In this document: piece by piece, positions 49,295 through 58,804 of the stretch
Layout of the letters: each line of letters opens with the position of its first letter
Numbering within the stretch: position 1 is the stretch's first letter
Assembly: GCA_051382295.1 (NCBI GenBank)
Contig: JBBCAW010000053.1
Span: forward strand, 1 to 64,000
Length of the DNA stretch: 64,000 bases
Direction of reading: 5' to 3'
From: Bdellovibrionota bacterium FG-1
GTDB lineage: Bacteria > Bdellovibrionota > UBA1018
The notes under the pieces: generated by a model
Database searches by the model: none
Seen by the model: the letters and a program-made list of their open reading frames with translations, nothing else
Told to the model about the DNA's origin: nothing
Translations under genes and position numbers: made by a program

Positions 49295-49508
49295 CAGTAA
49301 TTTCACTTAAATTTCAATAAGTTATAACGTCTTCTTTCTTGTAAAGAGGTTTTTCCGCCAAAATCTAAGAAAAAAGAACCAAAGTGGGACTCAAGTGTCC
49401 CAGTTTAAGATCGCATCAATCAATAATTAATATTAATTTCGAAAAGTTACCTCAGATAATACCAGAATGCACAAAAAGGGCACCGCTGTCGCAGCAGCAA
49501 ACCGCGTG

Positions 49509-50267
49509 TTAAGGGCCGGTTTCAACCATAAACTCAAGAAAATGACAGTTGCGACATCCGAAAGTCGTCTGGACTTGAGTATGTGCAAACTTCGCGGGCA
49601 AAGCATTATGGCATCGAACACAGGCCACATCGGTCGCACCAAAATTATGAGCGCGGTTAGCAATGCCGCCGTGGCAATCGATGCACATGATCGGTCTTGC
49701 TTGCCAGACGGTCTTATCCGCATCGGCACCGTGCCCCAACATAGAATCCTCAATCCACTTGCCCTTCAGAGCGGCGCCCAAATGCTGCTGCTGAGGAAAG
49801 GGGAGCTTCACCTCTTTTGAGAGATGGAGTTTATGAAGCCGGGTATTACTCACCTTAGGAATATCTTTGAGCGCATGAGAACTCAATGGACCCGCCACAT
49901 CCGCATGCCCTGAATGACCAAAGTCCCAGTGACAGCCCTCACAGAGGTGCTTTTCGACGTGCGGCACATGTTTCATGTCTAAAGGAAATCTAGGCTTCTT
50001 TGTCACCAACGCTACGGCTTCTTCGAAATACTGAACCAAGGGTTGGTGATGACAATCATGGCAAGTGGTGATTTTTCCATGGATGCTCTTTTTCCAAGAT
50101 ACATTGGCATAATCATGGATATGGCACTTCGTGCAAAAACCCGAATCCACCCAAGTATACTGGAAAGCCTTATAGCCAGGATACGTTCCGACTACGCCAC
50201 CGATCACCAGAGCCGGGAGCATAAACACCAAGTAAGGTTTTGCGGCATTCAACAAGCGCTTTACCAT
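49509..50267 (-). CDS. NapC/NirT-like membrane-anchored hexaheme cytochrome c
   Basis: N-terminal TM, FCTKCH..W..S.H...CHDCH, plus CEGCH, CIDCH, CVRCH, CRNCH. Confidence 0.8.
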   Translation of the reverse strand: MVKRLLNAAKPYLVFMLPALVIGGVVGTYPGYKAFQYTWVDSGFCTKCHIHDYANVSWKKSIHGKITTCHDCHHQPLVQYFEEAVALVTKKPRFPLDMKHVPHVEKHLCEGCHWDFGHSGHADVAGPLSSHALKDIPKVSNTRLHKLHLSKEVKLPFPQQQHLGAALKGKWIEDSMLGHGADADKTVWQARPIMCIDCHGGIANRAHNFGATDVACVRCHNALPAKFAHTQVQTTFGCRNCHFLEFMVETGP

Positions 50268-50428
50268 AGTCCACCGCTCCGCAAAGTCGTGTACAGAAAG
50301 AAAACCTGAAACACGAGAAAGGCTGAAGCAACGACGCCAAAAACAAATCCAGCAAAATTAAAGAAAGCCCGACCCCACTTTCGCTGTAAAATAGTAGGCA
50401 ATTCTGGGTGATTTACCACGACATTCAC
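50261..50428 (-). CDS. Small single-TM membrane protein (55 aa, not in the ORF track)
   Basis: MNVVVNHPELPTILQRKWGRAFFNFAGFVFGVVASAFLVFQVFFLYTTLRSGGLW; start overlaps the upstream stop, stop overlaps the downstream start. Confidence 0.65.
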   Translation of the reverse strand: MNVVVNHPELPTILQRKWGRAFFNFAGFVFGVVASAFLVFQVFFLYTTLRSGGLW

Positions 50429-52542
50429 TCCTTTTCCTTCGCTTTGCCTTTTTGGCCGCGCTTCGAGTGATAAGTTTCCACAAACTGCATGTTCGCGGAT
50501 TCAGCCGTATGGCAGGCCGAGGTACAAACCGGAAGCAGGGACTGCAGATTGGGCCGCAGAAGCGACCTTTGGGTGGAAGGAGCATGAGGATCATGACAAG
50601 TCGAACAGGTCAGCCATCCATCTGAAAGATGGATATTGGGCGGAAGTGGAAGTCGGGCCATTGCAAAAAGTTGATCAATCCTTTTGTCGTGACTCTTTTT
50701 GACTCGATCCTGATGACAGCTGACACAGATCAGTGAAACACGTTTCTTGTCCTGATGTGGATCGTGGCAATTCAAACAAAAAGACGCGTCATCAGCCCAT
50801 TGCACTCTCTGACGAAGCTGAGGGCTTGCCTTGAGATGCTCATTTTTTTCGATCAAAAGAATACGGTCCTTGTGACAATTCAAGCACGAGCCCGCGGAAT
50901 CCTTGGATTTATGACGACTAAAATGAGCGGCCTTTTCAGACCCATGAACGGAGTGACAAGACAAACAGGTCACCTGAACCTCATTTTTATCGAGCTTAGC
51001 AAAGCCAAACGGATGACTTTTGGGCTTGCGCGCTTGTCCGTGGCACGAAATGCACAAATCCGAAACTGTCTTGCGAAGCTGTCGCGGTTCGGCCGAATGC
51101 ATCTGATGACATTGCGAGCAGGATTTGACCTGAATCTTAAATTTCTGCAACTTCGTGGATGAAAGACCGAGATGATTATGTTCGACCGATTCCTTGTCCT
51201 TGTGACAAGTCAGACATAACTCTTTAAAGGGCTTTCTCAACATGAAGGGAACTTGCTTGACGGTATGTTCTTCTCCAAATTGCCCAGTAACCACACCTGA
51301 AAGCGATTGATGATGGTTCTGATGGCAGGTAAAGCAATCGATCTTATGTCCTTCCGCTAACTTCAGATCCACCGTGATTTTCACCTCGACCCCAACAGGA
51401 TGGTGCTTTTTCTCCAATATGAATTTGTCCAGGCTAAATTTCTCAAGTCCGTCATGACAGTTCAAACAACGAACCATCGCATAGGTTTTTTGAGTATCCG
51501 GATTTCTAAAAAGGTCATTTTCGGCAAAAGAGGTTTTATCTAAGGCAATTAAATCAGGATTGTCTGCTCCTGCCGAAAGCGTCCCCATATTCACTTTAAA
51601 AGCCAGAATTCGATTACCAAAATAATCCGCAACATAAAGCCGATCCTGCCAACTCGCGAGACCCAGCGGATAACCAAAACGCGCCGTCCCCGCATCGCTT
51701 CCGATCGAACCAATGTAATTACCGAGACGATCGTAGAAAAAAACCAGCTTTAATCCCACATCCGAAATCGCCACCCAACGGTCCGATACCATCGCAATGG
51801 ACTTAGCGAACATCAGGGTGCCGTTTCGGGTTCCCCAACGGCCCCATCGGTAGCCCGAATCCTTGCCGAAAAAAACCACATGAGAACGAAAAGGATCCAA
51901 CAACATCAAACTTCCGTCTTCTAACGGCTCAAGACGTGAATACCGCCCCTGCGAAATCAAAAACCCTTCTTGCCAATCAGCAAAGGGGTTTTTGCTCAAA
52001 TCCAAATCTTTAGGGGGGATCGATTGAGAAAATGGAATCGCTAAAGGAGTCCAATGTAGACAATCGGTACTTTTATAGGTCGAGTTTTGAACGAGAAAAA
52101 AGGTATTTCTCAGAACTTCCAAATCTCTCACCAGGGCATCTTCAGGCAGAATCAGGCGCTCAGCCCCTTGCAAAGACTGATTGTTGCCGGGAATCGCAAC
52201 TCGAAAAAGCGAAAAAACAGACTTTTGAAGTTTTTCTGACCCCTCATACTTTTGGATCGTCGCAAGAAAAAAAGAGGACCGATTACAAGCGAGGGAGGTG
52301 ATCAACTGCCCCGGCAGAATCGCCCCTAGGGACTGAGTCGAAAGAAGCTTGCCATCATTTGGATCTAACGCTCTCAACTCACCCAGCTCCACGCTGTAGG
52401 TCCAAACACGATCGCCGCAGACTCGAACCAAAGTTGGCGCCGATATCTTGGCCTCAAATAATGGGGTTGCGAGCCGCTCCTGGGCTAATGCCGGGGGCGA
52501 CAACAAAAACAGGGTAAAGATGAACGGGAAAAAACGCTTCAT
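50425..52542 (-). CDS. Beta-propeller/NHL-repeat + multiheme cytochrome c fusion (10 CxxCH + 1 CxxxCH)
   Basis: Signal peptide; NHL-like FGYPLGLA...LYVADYFGNRI; C-terminal doubled-CxxCH repeats. Confidence 0.8.
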   Translation of the reverse strand: MKRFFPFIFTLFLLSPPALAQERLATPLFEAKISAPTLVRVCGDRVWTYSVELGELRALDPNDGKLLSTQSLGAILPGQLITSLACNRSSFFLATIQKYEGSEKLQKSVFSLFRVAIPGNNQSLQGAERLILPEDALVRDLEVLRNTFFLVQNSTYKSTDCLHWTPLAIPFSQSIPPKDLDLSKNPFADWQEGFLISQGRYSRLEPLEDGSLMLLDPFRSHVVFFGKDSGYRWGRWGTRNGTLMFAKSIAMVSDRWVAISDVGLKLVFFYDRLGNYIGSIGSDAGTARFGYPLGLASWQDRLYVADYFGNRILAFKVNMGTLSAGADNPDLIALDKTSFAENDLFRNPDTQKTYAMVRCLNCHDGLEKFSLDKFILEKKHHPVGVEVKITVDLKLAEGHKIDCFTCHQNHHQSLSGVVTGQFGEEHTVKQVPFMLRKPFKELCLTCHKDKESVEHNHLGLSSTKLQKFKIQVKSCSQCHQMHSAEPRQLRKTVSDLCISCHGQARKPKSHPFGFAKLDKNEVQVTCLSCHSVHGSEKAAHFSRHKSKDSAGSCLNCHKDRILLIEKNEHLKASPQLRQRVQWADDASFCLNCHDPHQDKKRVSLICVSCHQDRVKKSHDKRIDQLFAMARLPLPPNIHLSDGWLTCSTCHDPHAPSTQRSLLRPNLQSLLPVCTSACHTAESANMQFVETYHSKRGQKGKAKEKE

Positions 52543-52628
52543 GTGGGGTTCACTTTTCAAAACATCAGCACCCTTTCTCGGAGAGCAGACAGCGTCTCTC
52601 AAAGAAAAGGTGCTGACTTTATCCTCAA

Positions 52629-53945
52629 TTACAACTTACGGCCGCCTTCGGCGGCCCATTTTTCAAGCATCTCGGTGGTGACGGATTTTGGACGCTCCAA
52701 AGCGTAGCCCAAAGCACGATCCCACACGATATTGGTCAAAACACCAATCGCACGGCCCACACCAAAGAGCACGGTGTAGAAATCGTATTCAGTCAAGCCA
52801 TAATGCCATTGAATCACGCCGGACTGCGCGTCCACGTTCGGAAATGGGTTTTTGGTTTTACCATGCTCGGTCAAAACCCCCGGAGCGACCTTGTAGACCA
52901 TATTCACAAACTTAAACATCGTGTCATCAGGCAAGTGCTTCTGACAGAATTCCATCTGCGACGTATATCGCGGATCGGTCTTTCGCAGAACGGCATGACC
53001 ATATCCAGGCACCACTTGTCCGGCCTTTAAGGTTTCCCACAAAAACGCTTTCATCTGCCCTTCGTTCGGGACCTTGCCATCCATTTTTTTCATTACCCCT
53101 TGGATCCAACGCAAGACTTCTTGATTGGCCAAGCCATGAAGGGGTCCCGCCAGCGCGGCCATCCCTGCGGCAAAAGAGTGGTAACAGTCGGCAAGCGTGG
53201 AGGCGACCAGATGGGTGGCGTGCGCTGAGGCATTTCCGGATTCGTGATCGGAATGCAAAATAAAATACATGCGCGCGACATCATCATAGGGCTTTTTCAT
53301 CCCCATCATGTGGGCGAAGTTACCACCCATATCCAGATTTTTATCGGGCGCGATCTGATTATCATTTTTGTATTTCAAGCGATAAATAAACGCGGCCAAC
53401 TGAGGCAGACGTGCCATGAGATTGCAGGCATCTTCGTACATGGGATCCCAGTACTCATCCTTTTTCATGCCCTGCTCGTAGCGTTTGGCAAAAACGGATT
53501 CCCGCTCCATGGTCGTTACACCGGCCGCAAGCATCGCCATCGGATGTGAATCCCTGGGCATGGCACGAAGCACGTCAAATACATACTTAGGAACCTCGCT
53601 CCGAGTACGGAAATCATTTACGACTCCAAGCGTCTGTTCCACGGTTGGAATCTCGCCCGTCATCAAAAAATACCAAAAGCCTTCAACGTAAGGGTATTCG
53701 GCGCCTGGAACCTTAGGAAGCGCCGCAAAGGTTTCCGGAATCGTTTTTCCACGGAAGCGAATGCCTTCTTGAGGATCGAGATAAGAAATATCCGTCACTA
53801 AGCAACGAACATCGCGCGCCCCACCGATACATTGCTCAATGGTAACTTTGTCAATCATGACCTCGCCGTGTTCTTTCATGAGTTTTTGAACGCGGGGGCG
53901 ATGGGCTTTGATTTTTTCGTGGAGTGTTTCCTTCAGTGTCGCCAT
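52629..53945 (-). CDS. gltA: Citrate synthase, eukaryotic/Geobacter type
   Basis: SYLDPQEGIRFRG, HSDHESGN.SAH, LAGPLHGLANQEVL, PGYGHAVLRKTDPRY, PNVDAQSG. Confidence 0.95.
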   Translation of the reverse strand: MATLKETLHEKIKAHRPRVQKLMKEHGEVMIDKVTIEQCIGGARDVRCLVTDISYLDPQEGIRFRGKTIPETFAALPKVPGAEYPYVEGFWYFLMTGEIPTVEQTLGVVNDFRTRSEVPKYVFDVLRAMPRDSHPMAMLAAGVTTMERESVFAKRYEQGMKKDEYWDPMYEDACNLMARLPQLAAFIYRLKYKNDNQIAPDKNLDMGGNFAHMMGMKKPYDDVARMYFILHSDHESGNASAHATHLVASTLADCYHSFAAGMAALAGPLHGLANQEVLRWIQGVMKKMDGKVPNEGQMKAFLWETLKAGQVVPGYGHAVLRKTDPRYTSQMEFCQKHLPDDTMFKFVNMVYKVAPGVLTEHGKTKNPFPNVDAQSGVIQWHYGLTEYDFYTVLFGVGRAIGVLTNIVWDRALGYALERPKSVTTEMLEKWAAEGGRKL

Positions 53946-54080
53946 GAACTTACTTTCCTTTCAATTTTTTAAATTCCAGTGCGCTTGAATCTAACTCGTT
54001 TTGAATCATGACAAAAGCATAAATACAGTCGATATTACACTTACCGTATCGCATGAGACAAAATGACCCAGATCAAAAGC

Positions 54081-55409
54081 TTAAACTGCGGCTTCCAGTT
54101 TTTTAAACGTGGCTTCAAACAAAGAAAGGGCATGATCCACCTCTTTACGGGAGATGTTCAACACGGGACGAAGCCGAACGCTGCGTTCGCCGCAGACCAA
54201 CACCAAAAGGCCCAAATCCCAGGCCATTCTTCGGTAATCGTTGCGCTCTTTTTCAGTTGGGAGATCAAAGGCGATCAAAAGACCCCGCCCGCGAATATTG
54301 GTCATGCGCGGGAATTTTAAAGCCAACTTTTTGAGCGACTCCAAAATATAATCACCTTGAATTTGCGCATTTTCGAGAAGCTTTTCTTCTTCGATGATTT
54401 TCAAAAACTGATTTGAGCGAACCATATCAGTAAGGTTGCCACCAAACGTCGAGTTAATTCGACTCGAAACCTTAAAGACAGAATCCACATCATCAATTCT
54501 TGCGCTGGCGGCAATCCCGCCGACCTGAACTTTTTTGCCAAAACACACGATGTCAGGTTTGACACCAAAATGCTCCCAGCACCAAAACTTGCCCGTCAGG
54601 CCTACTCCGGTTTGCACCTCGTCAAAAATCAACAAGGCTTCACGCTCATCCGCAATCTTGCGCAGCTCGGCTAAAAACTCACCCCTAAAATGATTATCTC
54701 CGCCTTCAGATTGAATCGGCTCAATCAAGATGGCTGCGATATCATCTGGATTACGGTCAAAAGCTTGATGGATTTGGGCGAGAGCCTTTTTTTCTCGAGC
54801 CTCGACGTCCTTCAAGGCTGCAGCGTCCACGGGAAAATGCAGCATGGGATTGGTGATCCGAGGCCAAGTAAACTTTGGAAAATACATGGTTTTTTTGGGA
54901 TCATGGGTATTTGTGACCGAAAGCGTATAGCCCGATCGCCCGTGAAAGGCCTGTTCGAAGTGAAGGATCTGATAGCCCTTTTCACCCTTCCCCGCGGCAA
55001 GATTTTTGCGAACCTTCCAGTCAAAAGCCGTTTTCATCGCGTTTTCAACGGCTAGCGCACCGCCTTCTACGAAGAAATAATGGGTAAAATGCCCGCGATT
55101 CGAAAGCCGTGCAAAGCGGTCCACAAATTCAGCATATTCTGGGGTATAGACGTCCGCCAAAACGGGTTTGACCTTGGCAATCCGGTCAAGGGTCCGGGTA
55201 AAATCAGGATCTTTCATTCGAGGATGATTAAAGCCGATCGGATTGCTGGCAAAAAAGCTGAAAAAATCGAAAAACTTTCGATCATGAGCTGCATCATGAA
55301 GATAAGAACCCTCGCTTTTTTCGAAATCCACGACAATCGGAAAGCCATCCACCAGAATATGCTTTTTTAAGATGTCCATGGTGTTTGACGCCGTGTACTT
55401 CGTTTCCAT
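54081..55409 (-). CDS. lat: L-lysine 6-transaminase
   Basis: GALAVENA.K.AFDWK, AFHGRSGYTLS.TNT, YFPKF.WPRI, SRINSTFGGNL.DMVR. Confidence 0.92.
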   Translation of the reverse strand: METKYTASNTMDILKKHILVDGFPIVVDFEKSEGSYLHDAAHDRKFFDFFSFFASNPIGFNHPRMKDPDFTRTLDRIAKVKPVLADVYTPEYAEFVDRFARLSNRGHFTHYFFVEGGALAVENAMKTAFDWKVRKNLAAGKGEKGYQILHFEQAFHGRSGYTLSVTNTHDPKKTMYFPKFTWPRITNPMLHFPVDAAALKDVEAREKKALAQIHQAFDRNPDDIAAILIEPIQSEGGDNHFRGEFLAELRKIADEREALLIFDEVQTGVGLTGKFWCWEHFGVKPDIVCFGKKVQVGGIAASARIDDVDSVFKVSSRINSTFGGNLTDMVRSNQFLKIIEEEKLLENAQIQGDYILESLKKLALKFPRMTNIRGRGLLIAFDLPTEKERNDYRRMAWDLGLLVLVCGERSVRLRPVLNISRKEVDHALSLFEATFKKLEAAV

Positions 55410-55506
55410 AGGGAACCTCTCTTTTTTTGACCGAAGTTAACCACTTCAGCCTTTATTCTGCAACGCCTGTCATTATAAGGTGACCACAATCATATCGGGG
55501 GAAAAA

Positions 55507-57048
55507 ATGGAAATCAAAGGACTTCAAGACACTCTTCGCGCGCTCGAGATTCAAAACACGAACCCAGGGGTTTGCGACGGCGAAAGCTGGTTTGGCTCGG
55601 GTTCAGAGATTGAGGTTCGAAGCCCAATCAACGGCCAGGTCATTGCCCACGTCAAACAAGGCACTCCCGCCGATTATGAAAAAGTCATGGCCGCTTCGTT
55701 GCGCGCCTTCAAAACCTGGCGTGAAGTCCCCGCCCCCAAACGTGGAGAAGTCGTCCGTCAGCTCGGCGATGCGCTCCGCGCATTAAAAGAGCCGCTGGGC
55801 AGGCTCGTCTCGATTGAAATGGGCAAAATCTACCAAGAAGGTCTAGGCGAAGTTCAGGAAATGATCGACATCTGCGACATGGCGTGCGGCCAATCGCGCA
55901 TGCTTCATGGAGTTCAAACCCATAGCGAAAGACCTCGCCATCGAATGTACGAGCAATGGCATCCGATTGGGGTAGTCGGAATTATTTCAGCCTTTAACTT
56001 TCCGGTCGCAGTCTGGAGTTGGAATGCGACGATCGCCCTGATTGCTGGCGACACCTGTGTTTGGAAACCCGCCAGCACCACCCCTCTGACCGCGATTGCT
56101 TGTCAAAAAATCATCCAAAAAGTGCTTCGAAACAATGGAGTGGATCCGGCCGTAGCGACACTCATTACAGGCAAGGGAAGCGAAGTCGGTGAACTCTTTA
56201 ACCAAGATCACCGTATGCCGCTGGTGAGCTATACGGGTTCGACTCGTCTGGGCAAGCACATCGGCAAAGTAGTCGGCGAGCGCCTTGGTCGCACCATTCT
56301 CGAACTCGGGGGCAACAACGCGATCATCATCACCAAGAACGCCGACTTGGCCCTCGCCACGGGCAGTGTGTTCTTTGGTGCGATCGGTACGGCCGGCCAA
56401 CGCTGCACGAGCACCCGCCGCGTGATTGTTGAAGAGTCGGTTTACAATGATTTTCGAGATCGCCTCAACCGCGCCTACGATCGCATCACGATTGGAAGCT
56501 CACTGGACGAAAAGAACCTCATGGGCCCCCTGGCTGAAAAATCCTCGGTCGAAGCCTTTTTTACCTCGATCGAACAGGTCAAAAAACAAGGCGGAACTTT
56601 CTTGCGCCAAGGCGAACGTCTGAGTGGCCCGGGTTACGAAGGCGGCTGCTATGTGCGGCCAGCGATCGCCGAGGTCAACGGCAATCTTGCGATTGTCCAA
56701 GAAGAAACCTTCGCTCCGCTTTTGTATCTGATGAAATACAGTGGCGCGCTCGAAAACGCGATTGCACTTCAGAATGAAGTCCCTCAGGGATTGAGTTCCG
56801 CGATCTTCACCAATGATATGCGCGAATCTGAGCTCTTTTTGAGCAGCGTGGGAAGCGACTGTGGCATTGCCAACGTGAATGTGGGCACGAGCGGCGCTGA
56901 AATCGGCCTCGCCTTTGGGGGCGAAAAGGAAACCGGCGGCGGCCGCGAAAGCGGTTCAGACGCCTGGAAAACTTATATGCGCCGTCAGACCAACACCGTC
57001 AATTGGAGTGGCAAGACGATTTTAGCGCAGGGAGTGAAGTTCGAGTAA
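55507..57048 (+). CDS. pcd: ALDH7-type piperideine-6-carboxylate/aminoadipate-semialdehyde dehydrogenase
   Basis: PAPKRGE, GEVQEMIDICD, SERP.HRM, LELGGNNA, GTAGQRCT, GGGRESGSDAWK. Confidence 0.92.
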   Translation: MEIKGLQDTLRALEIQNTNPGVCDGESWFGSGSEIEVRSPINGQVIAHVKQGTPADYEKVMAASLRAFKTWREVPAPKRGEVVRQLGDALRALKEPLGRLVSIEMGKIYQEGLGEVQEMIDICDMACGQSRMLHGVQTHSERPRHRMYEQWHPIGVVGIISAFNFPVAVWSWNATIALIAGDTCVWKPASTTPLTAIACQKIIQKVLRNNGVDPAVATLITGKGSEVGELFNQDHRMPLVSYTGSTRLGKHIGKVVGERLGRTILELGGNNAIIITKNADLALATGSVFFGAIGTAGQRCTSTRRVIVEESVYNDFRDRLNRAYDRITIGSSLDEKNLMGPLAEKSSVEAFFTSIEQVKKQGGTFLRQGERLSGPGYEGGCYVRPAIAEVNGNLAIVQEETFAPLLYLMKYSGALENAIALQNEVPQGLSSAIFTNDMRESELFLSSVGSDCGIANVNVGTSGAEIGLAFGGEKETGGGRESGSDAWKTYMRRQTNTVNWSGKTILAQGVKFE

Positions 57049-57050
57049 CC

Positions 57051-58637
57051 TCACCGCTTCGCGGGCGACTGATGCGGCCACGCCCCAGGTTCACCCTTGC
57101 CGCCAGCCTTGAATGTTTCGTCGATTCGCGACAATGCGTTCTCAACCCAGGTATTGCCATGACACTGCGTACAGGCGTCAAACATGGCGTCGCGACGAGC
57201 ATCCGCGCCTTCTCTTTGCGCAGGCTTTTTGCCCGACTGCCAAGAAAGTCGGGAAGTCACATCATGCGTGTGCTTATTCGAAGGCGTCGACGCCATATGA
57301 CAGGTGACACAACCCGGAGTTTTGACTAAATCGCGATCACTAGGATCGCGATAAACGGCACCGTGAGCTGAATGCTTCCACGCATCCGCGCTTCCATCGC
57401 TGTCGTGACAAGACATACAGACTTCAGGCCGTCTCGCCGACGCCGCTGAAAAATTATGTCGCGCATGACAGATGGTGCAGGAACCCACACCCCCGTCGGG
57501 ATAAGTGCGACCGATTCCGGGCAAGGGCCAGGTTTTAGGATCGGGCTTGCCGCCCTCGACCTTGATCTCGCGCCCCGCGATGGCCATTCCGTGCGAAGTT
57601 TTAGCCATCTCAGCGACGGCGTCTTTATGACACTTTTCGCAGACTTTCGGGCTGACGATCATCGAAATTTGCGCGTCGTGATGACCGTAACCACCGGGCG
57701 TGCCCTTAGCGACACCATGACAGGTGAGGCAATTCACGCCAATCTGCGCATGTAAAGACTCTTGCCAGCCTTTAACGATCTCGGGTGAACCCTTGGTATG
57801 GCACTCAACACACTCTTGGGCATCTTTCGCGATGCCGGGAGGAGCACTGAAATTAAAGGTCCCCTCTCTTAAAAGCTTGGCCCAGCGGCTCCCGTGCGGA
57901 TTGTGACAGCCGGAACACTCACTGTGGAGCAGGCTTTTATGATTTGGAACCTCTCCCGGCCGGTTGATGGTGATATTTTTAACCAGATGCCCATCAGCGG
58001 CCTTTTGTTCCTTATCATGACACTTCAAGCAAAGCTCCGGCTGCTGAAGTTTGAGCAAATGCTCATGCTCCGAACTATGTTGATCATGGCAGCCCAGGCA
58101 GGAATCCTTTTCCATGACGACTTTGTAATGAGAAGACTTGTCGACAAGCTCATTTTGAATGTCTTGATGACAACGTAAGCAACAATCTGGAGCGCGTTTG
58201 TCGTTCAATAAAGCCTTATGGGATGACGAATGCGGATTATGGCAGGCGACGCAAGAACGATCCGTAATGGGCTTATGCACGGATTGCCGATGAGCGACGG
58301 CGCTATCAAGCTTATCTTTGACGTCATCGTGACAGACCAAACAGACTTCATTGATGCCCCTATTCGACAAGGCAATCACGCGGGGATGTTTAGGATGCCC
58401 GGTCACCGCCCGCCCCTGAGCACCCGTTTTGTGACAGACCTCGCAGCCCTTGGATCCCACCGCTGACCTTACCGGACCGTGAATGACCTTTTGTTTTCGA
58501 AAGTCCGAATGGCACTGAGAAGTTGAACAAGTGATGCCTTCCGCGAAAGCCACTTGCGGGATAGGGGAGTTCAAGAACAAACCCACTAAGCCACCCAAAA
58601 AAATCCTCGAACTCAAATTTTTATGCCGATGAATCAT
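57051..58637 (-). CDS. Multiheme cytochrome c (14 CxxCH + 1 CX4CH): cytochrome c3-like N-domain fused to a degenerate HAO-family domain
   Basis: Signal peptide; motifs counted by eye; C-half has SPKVCEKCH, TWP..GIGR..PDG..GSCTICHARHNFS...RRPEVC, PGCVTCHM. Confidence 0.85.
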   Translation of the reverse strand: MIHRHKNLSSRIFLGGLVGLFLNSPIPQVAFAEGITCSTSQCHSDFRKQKVIHGPVRSAVGSKGCEVCHKTGAQGRAVTGHPKHPRVIALSNRGINEVCLVCHDDVKDKLDSAVAHRQSVHKPITDRSCVACHNPHSSSHKALLNDKRAPDCCLRCHQDIQNELVDKSSHYKVVMEKDSCLGCHDQHSSEHEHLLKLQQPELCLKCHDKEQKAADGHLVKNITINRPGEVPNHKSLLHSECSGCHNPHGSRWAKLLREGTFNFSAPPGIAKDAQECVECHTKGSPEIVKGWQESLHAQIGVNCLTCHGVAKGTPGGYGHHDAQISMIVSPKVCEKCHKDAVAEMAKTSHGMAIAGREIKVEGGKPDPKTWPLPGIGRTYPDGGVGSCTICHARHNFSAASARRPEVCMSCHDSDGSADAWKHSAHGAVYRDPSDRDLVKTPGCVTCHMASTPSNKHTHDVTSRLSWQSGKKPAQREGADARRDAMFDACTQCHGNTWVENALSRIDETFKAGGKGEPGAWPHQSPAKR

Positions 58638-58733
58638 AAAGACCCAACCCCGTTTAATGATCAAGTTAACAAAGCCTGTCTCAATAATTGTACCCGAGAA
58701 GACCGACCATGCACCGCAAATCTTCCATCAAAA

Positions 58734-58773
58734 CAAAAAGAAAAAGGCCGTGATTCCAGCGGAACCACGGCCT
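58734..58773 (-). terminator. Intrinsic terminator after the porin gene
   Basis: AGGCCGTG..TTCC-agc-GGAA..CACGGCCT hairpin with T-tract on the minus strand. Confidence 0.7.
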
Positions 58774-58804
58774 CGTCCTACATTATTTTTAAGCGCCTAA
58801 AAAC

